From positions 1 to 39,639 of IMG/VR virus record IMGVR_UViG_3300011417_000016: a DNA stretch of 39,639 bases; one strand, given 5' to 3'. The notes under the pieces are model-generated. The model saw only the letters and a list, made by a program, of their open reading frames with translations. It did no database searches and was not told the origin of the DNA. Of this stretch, positions 35,035-39,639 are shown one piece after another (position 1 is the stretch's first letter; each line of letters starts with the position of its first letter). The DNA comes from a virus (Duplodnaviria > Caudoviricetes). The translations under genes were made by a program, and so were the position numbers.

Positions 35035-35604
35035 TCAATTCGGGATCGAGCTGTAAAGGCACTGCCACGCAGTGCAGTGCCGGCAAAAGTCGTCGATGTC
35101 GTCGGGAGCCAGCGATTGCCACGGCGCCCCGAACATCTGGCGGCGGAGCACGGTGTCGTAGGCCCAGCCCCAATACTGCGAGCACACAAACCACGGGAGC
35201 TGTCCCAGGCCCTCGGTGAACCAGGTCGTCCGCCGGCCGCGGCGAAGCATGGTGGCCACCGCGTCGGCCGCGAACAGGGGCAGCTTCAGCGGGGCATACC
35301 ACCGGCCGAAGCACTCCATGGCCTTGAGGGCGATCCGCCGCCGCTCGCCGTCGGTCAGGTACACGTTCCGCCAGACCACGACGGGCGTGCCGGCGTAGGC
35401 GCTCAGCGGCGTACGCTTGATGCGCCAGCGCGACTCCAGGACCTCCGGCACAGGCGACAAGGCGCCCAGGCTGCCGGCGATGTGGTTCACACGGCAGTCC
35501 CCGCTCATGAGGACGCCAGTGGCCCGGATGAGACGGCCGCAGCGGCCATCCGTGCGCACGCCGACGATGTCGGCGGGCCAGAGCTCCGGGAAAGCGTTCC
35601 GCAC
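35035..35604 (-). CDS. Permuted papain-like NlpC/P60 (YiiX/YebB-like) amidase
   Basis: LWPADIV...VNHIA (His)...FGRWY...WFVCSQY (Cys)...LAPDD. Confidence 0.75.
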   Translation of the reverse strand: MRNAFPELWPADIVGVRTDGRCGRLIRATGVLMSGDCRVNHIAGSLGALSPVPEVLESRWRIKRTPLSAYAGTPVVVWRNVYLTDGERRRIALKAMECFGRWYAPLKLPLFAADAVATMLRRGRRTTWFTEGLGQLPWFVCSQYWGWAYDTVLRRQMFGAPWQSLAPDDIDDFCRHCTAWQCLYSSIPN

Positions 35605-35834
35605 TACGCGCCCTCCGGACGGTAGAGGCGGAGGCGCTGGATGTCCTCGCGCAGCGTCTTGTGGTGTTCGGCAGCCTGCCGGCGATCCGCTTCACGCTCT
35701 TCACGGTGGACGCGCAGGATGCGAGTGATCTGGCTGACGAACACCTTGAGCGTGTAGAAGTGCAGCACGGCGAGGACGGCCAAGGCTGCCCCGGCGATGC
35801 CGTACTGGAGGAGGGATTCGAGGATGGGGCTCAT
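35604..35834 (-). CDS. Holin-like membrane protein
   Basis: LLQYGIAGAALAVLAVL TM followed by a charged coiled-coil; first late gene. Confidence 0.6.
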   Translation of the reverse strand: MSPILESLLQYGIAGAALAVLAVLHFYTLKVFVSQITRILRVHREEREADRRQAAEHHKTLREDIQRLRLYRPEGA

Positions 35835-35940
35835 GGGCGTCCTGCCGGCAAGTGAGGTGAGGTGCTCGCGCCGGCCAGGTTTTGTCCGCGTCCCTGCGGA
35901 CCCGACCGGCGACGGCCTCGTGCCGTCGAGCACTCGTCGC

Positions 35941-35969
35941 ACCATAGACCGGCGCGCCGGCGAGAGCAA
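35941..35969 (-). promoter_or_regulatory. Candidate late promoter
   Basis: TTGCTC-17-TATGGT in the intergenic region upstream of the holin-like gene. Confidence 0.55.
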
Positions 35970-36051
35970 CCCGAAATTCCGATAAACAAGGGAGACACTG
36001 GAGCGCCGAAGATCCGGGATCGGCCGCACAAAACCCGCGGCTTGGCGAACT

Positions 36052-36465
36052 TCACGCGCCGGTCCGTGCCTCGAGTGCGGCTTGGTTCAGGAACCGGGCC
36101 AGCGACCAGGCCTTCAGCTCGGCGCGGGTGCCCTCAGCCACGCGCTGACAGACGAATTCGAGCGCTCGGTCCTCGGCGGCGTCGACGGACGCCACCGCAC
36201 CCAGGATTGGCCCTTCGACGGCCTCGACGATGTCCAGCATGGAGATGCTCTCCGGCCGCCGGGCCAGGCAGTAGCCGCCCCTCGGGCCCTTGACGCTGCG
36301 CAGGATCCCGGCCGCGGCCAGGGGTCGGAGGACCTTGCGGAGGTAGCGATCGGGGATCTTCCGGGCGCGGGCGATGACGTGCGAAGAGCAACGCTGGCCG
36401 CGGGGCTCGCCGGCCAGATGGGCGCAAGCCGCGGTCGCGTACTGGCAACTCCGGTTCAACCTCAT
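36052..36465 (-). CDS. Rrf2-family transcriptional regulator
   Basis: IPDRYLRKVL...GILRSVKGPRGGYCLARRPESISMLDIVEAVEGP. Confidence 0.92.
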   Translation of the reverse strand: MRLNRSCQYATAACAHLAGEPRGQRCSSHVIARARKIPDRYLRKVLRPLAAAGILRSVKGPRGGYCLARRPESISMLDIVEAVEGPILGAVASVDAAEDRALEFVCQRVAEGTRAELKAWSLARFLNQAALEARTGA

Positions 36466-36917
36466 TCAGGATCCTCGGCGGGCTTGGGCAGGAGCACCGC
36501 GGCGAAGTCGGCGCCGCTGGTCAGCCTCTCCATCTGCGGCTTGGCGATCTCGTAGAGCGTGCCGCCCTGGGGCAGCTCGAGGAACGCGAAGAGGGCTTCC
36601 TCGGGCGTCCAGAACACCGTGGCGATTTCAAGCTGCGACTTCACGAAGTAGTAAACAGCCCGCTTGATCTGCAGCAGCAGCTCGTGCTCCTTGACGTCGG
36701 CAACGTCGAGGGTCTCCAGGCCGATCCGGTAGGTTTTGTCCCGGAGCACGAATCGCAGCATGAACGCAGGCCGGCGATTGGGGCCCGCGCACTGGGTCAT
36801 CTGGATGTTCTTGACCCGGTAACGCGCCAGGAGCTGCTGGATGGCCCCCTCGGGATTCGAGGCTTCGGACTTCGCGTAGGGCGTCTTGCGCCACTCGGTT
36901 CGGCTGAGACGAGGCAT
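36462..36917 (-). CDS. Phage hypothetical protein
   Basis: IQQLLARY...VKSQLE...EEALFAFLELPQGGTLYE; SD GGAGG. Confidence 0.75.
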   Translation of the reverse strand: MPRLSRTEWRKTPYAKSEASNPEGAIQQLLARYRVKNIQMTQCAGPNRRPAFMLRFVLRDKTYRIGLETLDVADVKEHELLLQIKRAVYYFVKSQLEIATVFWTPEEALFAFLELPQGGTLYEIAKPQMERLTSGADFAAVLLPKPAEDPE

Positions 36918-36947
36918 CGCGGGGGCTCCTCCACCACCAGCCGACGG

Positions 36948-37883
36948 TTAGAGAATGTCCTTCGTGTCGAAGAACCACGCGATGAGGAACGAGAGGACCT
37001 TGGGTCGCTCCCAGCGATGGGCTCCTGGCCGGCGGAGCATCACGCGCCCCACCACCATCGGGTCCCCGCGCGGCGGCTGGCTCGCGCCGGCGAACGTGTC
37101 CTGGGCGGCGCCGTCGCGGATGAGGACGATCTGATCGAAGATCTTCAGGTCGATCGCCCGGGCGGTGCGCTGCACCACGCTCGGCTTGAGGAACTCGACG
37201 GGGAGGGCGATCTGCTCGTCGAAGCCGCTGACGACGATGTCCTGCCGATCCGATCCCGCTCTGGGTTGGTGCTCATGCTCCGGCATCGGCGCGACGTACC
37301 GCCCCTCGCCTGGCGGCAGCGCCGGGTCCGGCAGCACCGGCGACGGGTCCGCGCTTCTGTTGACGTCCCAGATGTACTGTCGCCCGGCGGGCCGCGCGCG
37401 GGCCGTACGCACCGCGATCACGTGGCCGGGCAAGGTGGGCACCATCACGAAGCCCGCGGCCAGCGCCTCGCGGACCTTCTGCAGATACACCACGCGCCGC
37501 TCCGCGATCGCCGCCAGCCTCCGCCCTGATTCCTTGAGCTGGTCGCGTGCCTGGGTCACTAGCGCCTTGGCGGTCGCGGAGTTGAGCTCCTGGTCGATCT
37601 GCAGCTCCGCCGGCTCGACGGCCGCGGCGGCGCGTTCACGCTCGGCCTGCAGGATCTTCTCGTCCAGCCGCGCGATCAGCGCCTCCTGGGCCCGGACGAG
37701 CTCCTGGGGGTCCGAGGCGATCACGACCAGGTCCTCGTTTTCCAGGCGCCGCTCCTGGACCTCGCCTTTGCCGGCGTCGCGCGGTCGCTTCCCGCAATGC
37801 GGACACGGCAGCCGTCGGTCTGGTGGCCGTTGCTTGGCACAGACGGCGCAGGCGATCGTAGGGGAAGTGGTTGCCACGTTCAT
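36948..37883 (-). CDS. Hypothetical protein, N-terminal Zn-ribbon plus coiled coil
   Basis: CAVC...CPHC; SD GGGAGG; high GC3. Confidence 0.75.
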   Translation of the reverse strand: MNVATTSPTIACAVCAKQRPPDRRLPCPHCGKRPRDAGKGEVQERRLENEDLVVIASDPQELVRAQEALIARLDEKILQAERERAAAAVEPAELQIDQELNSATAKALVTQARDQLKESGRRLAAIAERRVVYLQKVREALAAGFVMVPTLPGHVIAVRTARARPAGRQYIWDVNRSADPSPVLPDPALPPGEGRYVAPMPEHEHQPRAGSDRQDIVVSGFDEQIALPVEFLKPSVVQRTARAIDLKIFDQIVLIRDGAAQDTFAGASQPPRGDPMVVGRVMLRRPGAHRWERPKVLSFLIAWFFDTKDIL

Positions 37884-37899
37884 GGTGATCCTCCCGGTT

Positions 37900-38269
37900 C
37901 TAGCGCCACGGCAGCTCGCGATCAAGCTCGCCGATTCCTTCCTTGCGGGATTGGGCCTGCGCCTCTTCGAGGCTTGCCAGCGGGCCCATCTCCTTGAGCA
38001 TGGCTCGCCACCGCCGGCTGCGCTTCAGGCGGTTGAGCTCCCCCGATTCCGGCTCGGGCTCGGGCTTGCTGGTCCATGTGCTGGTCCTCCTGGGATGGCT
38101 GCCCCCCCCCCAATGGAGGGGTGGCCTTGCCTTGTGCCTGGATCTCTCCCCACGTCGTGTCGCCGGCGTCGACCAGGAACTGCCACTCCTCAAAGCACTT
38201 CCGGCAGCAGCCCCATTTCTGAGGCTCAGCCCGGTGACACGTCAGACAGGCGGTTGCTTGCGAAATCAT
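37900..38269 (-). CDS. Zn-finger protein apparently frameshifted at or near a G10 tract
   Basis: CLTC...CRKC N-terminus; after G10 (38102-38111) the high-GC3 frame is a different one, ending at 37900. Confidence 0.45.
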
Positions 38270-38487
38270 GTGCCATCTCCGGTGGGCGATAGCTCCAGGA
38301 CCTGGCCGAGCACGTCTCGCAGCGACTCGGCCGCCTCGGTCGTGATCAGCAGACGCAGGTGTTTGTTCCGCGGCTCGGTATGCAGGAGCACGTCGAGCTC
38401 GACGGCACCCAGGCGGCGATCGCCGTCGGTGACCCCGCTCGCCTGGACGTCCTGAATCGTCGCCAGGAATGGCCGGGCGCGCTTCAT
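38266..38487 (-). CDS. Hypothetical protein
   Basis: ATGA-coupled to parB; SD GGAGG. Confidence 0.6.
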   Translation of the reverse strand: MKRARPFLATIQDVQASGVTDGDRRLGAVELDVLLHTEPRNKHLRLLITTEAAESLRDVLGQVLELSPTGDGT

Positions 38488-39516
38488 GCGTCGTCCTCCA
38501 CGTCGCTGTGCTCCCAGTCGATTTCCGGGTGCGCCTTCCGCAGCTTGGCCCGGGCCGACTTGCCGCGGGCGGGTGAGACGGCGGCGGACTTTCCCGCGCG
38601 CACCTCCCGCTCGATCTTCTTGCCATCGATGCCCAGACCCTCCAGGAGCGACTTGCCCGTGGAGCGGTCGGCGGGGAACTGAGACGTGTTGTTGCGCGTG
38701 GCGACCAGCTCGGCCATGAAGCCGATGCACTGTGCAGCCGACAGGCCGGCGATGTGCTTCTTGATCGCCGTCTGCCGGCTCGTGTGAGTCTTGCCCTCCA
38801 GCCCGCGCCGCTTCAACACGTGATTGGAGATGACGGCCCAGACCTCGTCGCAGGCGCCGACGGCCAGGCAGCGCAGGAAGTTCGCGTCGAGGCCGGTCCA
38901 GCCCGACGCCAGCCGCTCCGCCTTCTCCACGACCTGGGCAATCAGGCGACGGCTGACCTCGTTCTTGACGCGGTTCTCTTTCGCCTCCTTCGCCCGGCGC
39001 TTTTTCTCCGCGGCCGAGGTCGCCCATTGGTTCCGGGCCGGTCCCCGGCTGTCGACGCCGATCTTGTGATGCTTGCGGGCGAGCTCCGCAGCCACCTTGC
39101 CTGGCGCCAGGAGGTGAATTTCACCGACCTTGTCCTGCGCGGCGACCAGGTCACCCTTGGCGATGTGCGGCTCGACCAGCTCCTTCCAGCTTCGCCCCTG
39201 GCGATCCTCCCAGCACTGCTCCTTCAGGTCGACGTATGGCGAGCCGTGGGCCAGGGTGGTGCCGTTGTACGGGAAGAGCTTGCTCGACTCCGAGTCGCTC
39301 AGCAGCTTGATGCCCTCCTCCTCGACGCGCTTGCGCATCCGCTGGTGGTGGGCGGCGAGCTTGCGCTGGTAGCAGCCGGGGTCAGTACAGACGTCTGCAC
39401 GTCCGTCCGGGTAGAGCTCCCGGTTGTTGCCGGTCAGCTTGGGGCACGCACTGCAAGGGCCCGCCTCCGGCAGCAGCTCGGCATCCTTGCGGTTGAACGG
39501 GGCGCTCTTGAGCTCG
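38484..39516 (-). CDS. parB: ParB-like protein, C-terminal part with Cys cluster (GPCSACPK...CTDPGCY)
   Basis: In frame with 1-839 across the circular join. Confidence 0.88.
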
Positions 39517-39639
39517 ACCATGTACTGTTGGCTGATCCACTCCTTGGCCGAGCGGAAGGGCATCGGGTCGGGTTTCGAGTCGTAGTCGCCGGCGAGGACC
39601 TCGGCCGCGGCCTTCGCCCGCAGATCTCCGTTCGGGATG
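39517..39639. repeat. Terminal direct repeat (circular assembly overlap), right copy
   Basis: Identical to 1-123. Confidence 0.97.

Overview
The window appears to be a complete, circularly permuted, high-GC temperate siphovirus/prophage genome of about 39,516 bp. Bases 1-123 are repeated exactly at 39517-39639, and one ParB-like gene runs across the junction. Almost all genes are on the minus strand. The early/replication operon has many small Zn-finger proteins, CsrA, a tRNA(CAT), a replication initiator with an internal iteron origin, ParB and Rrf2. It is followed by a putative lysis/accessory block (holin-like protein, permuted NlpC/P60, trypsin-like protease, SNase). Next come HNH, cos, the terminases, an HK97-type head and a non-contractile tail. 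A Cys-rich tail-tip gene is coupled to two glycosyltransferases and a methyltransferase. On the plus strand are a tyrosine integrase with a tRNA-fragment attP, an RHH regulator and an sce7726-family nuclease. Gene content suggests a Planctomycetota-like host (inference only). Four signals stand out: (1) the secreted protease has an in-frame TGA in a U-x-x-C context followed by a SECIS-like hairpin, making it a candidate phage selenoprotein or recoded gene; (2) a 22-bp GATC-paired palindrome occurs as origin iterons and again in the head genes, near a Dam-family methylase full of palindromes; (3) a stand-alone paralog of the Rep C-terminal domain sits behind a (GA)13 microsatellite; (4) there is a four-member family of small paralogous proteins. 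All family assignments are from motif recognition by eye, without database searches.
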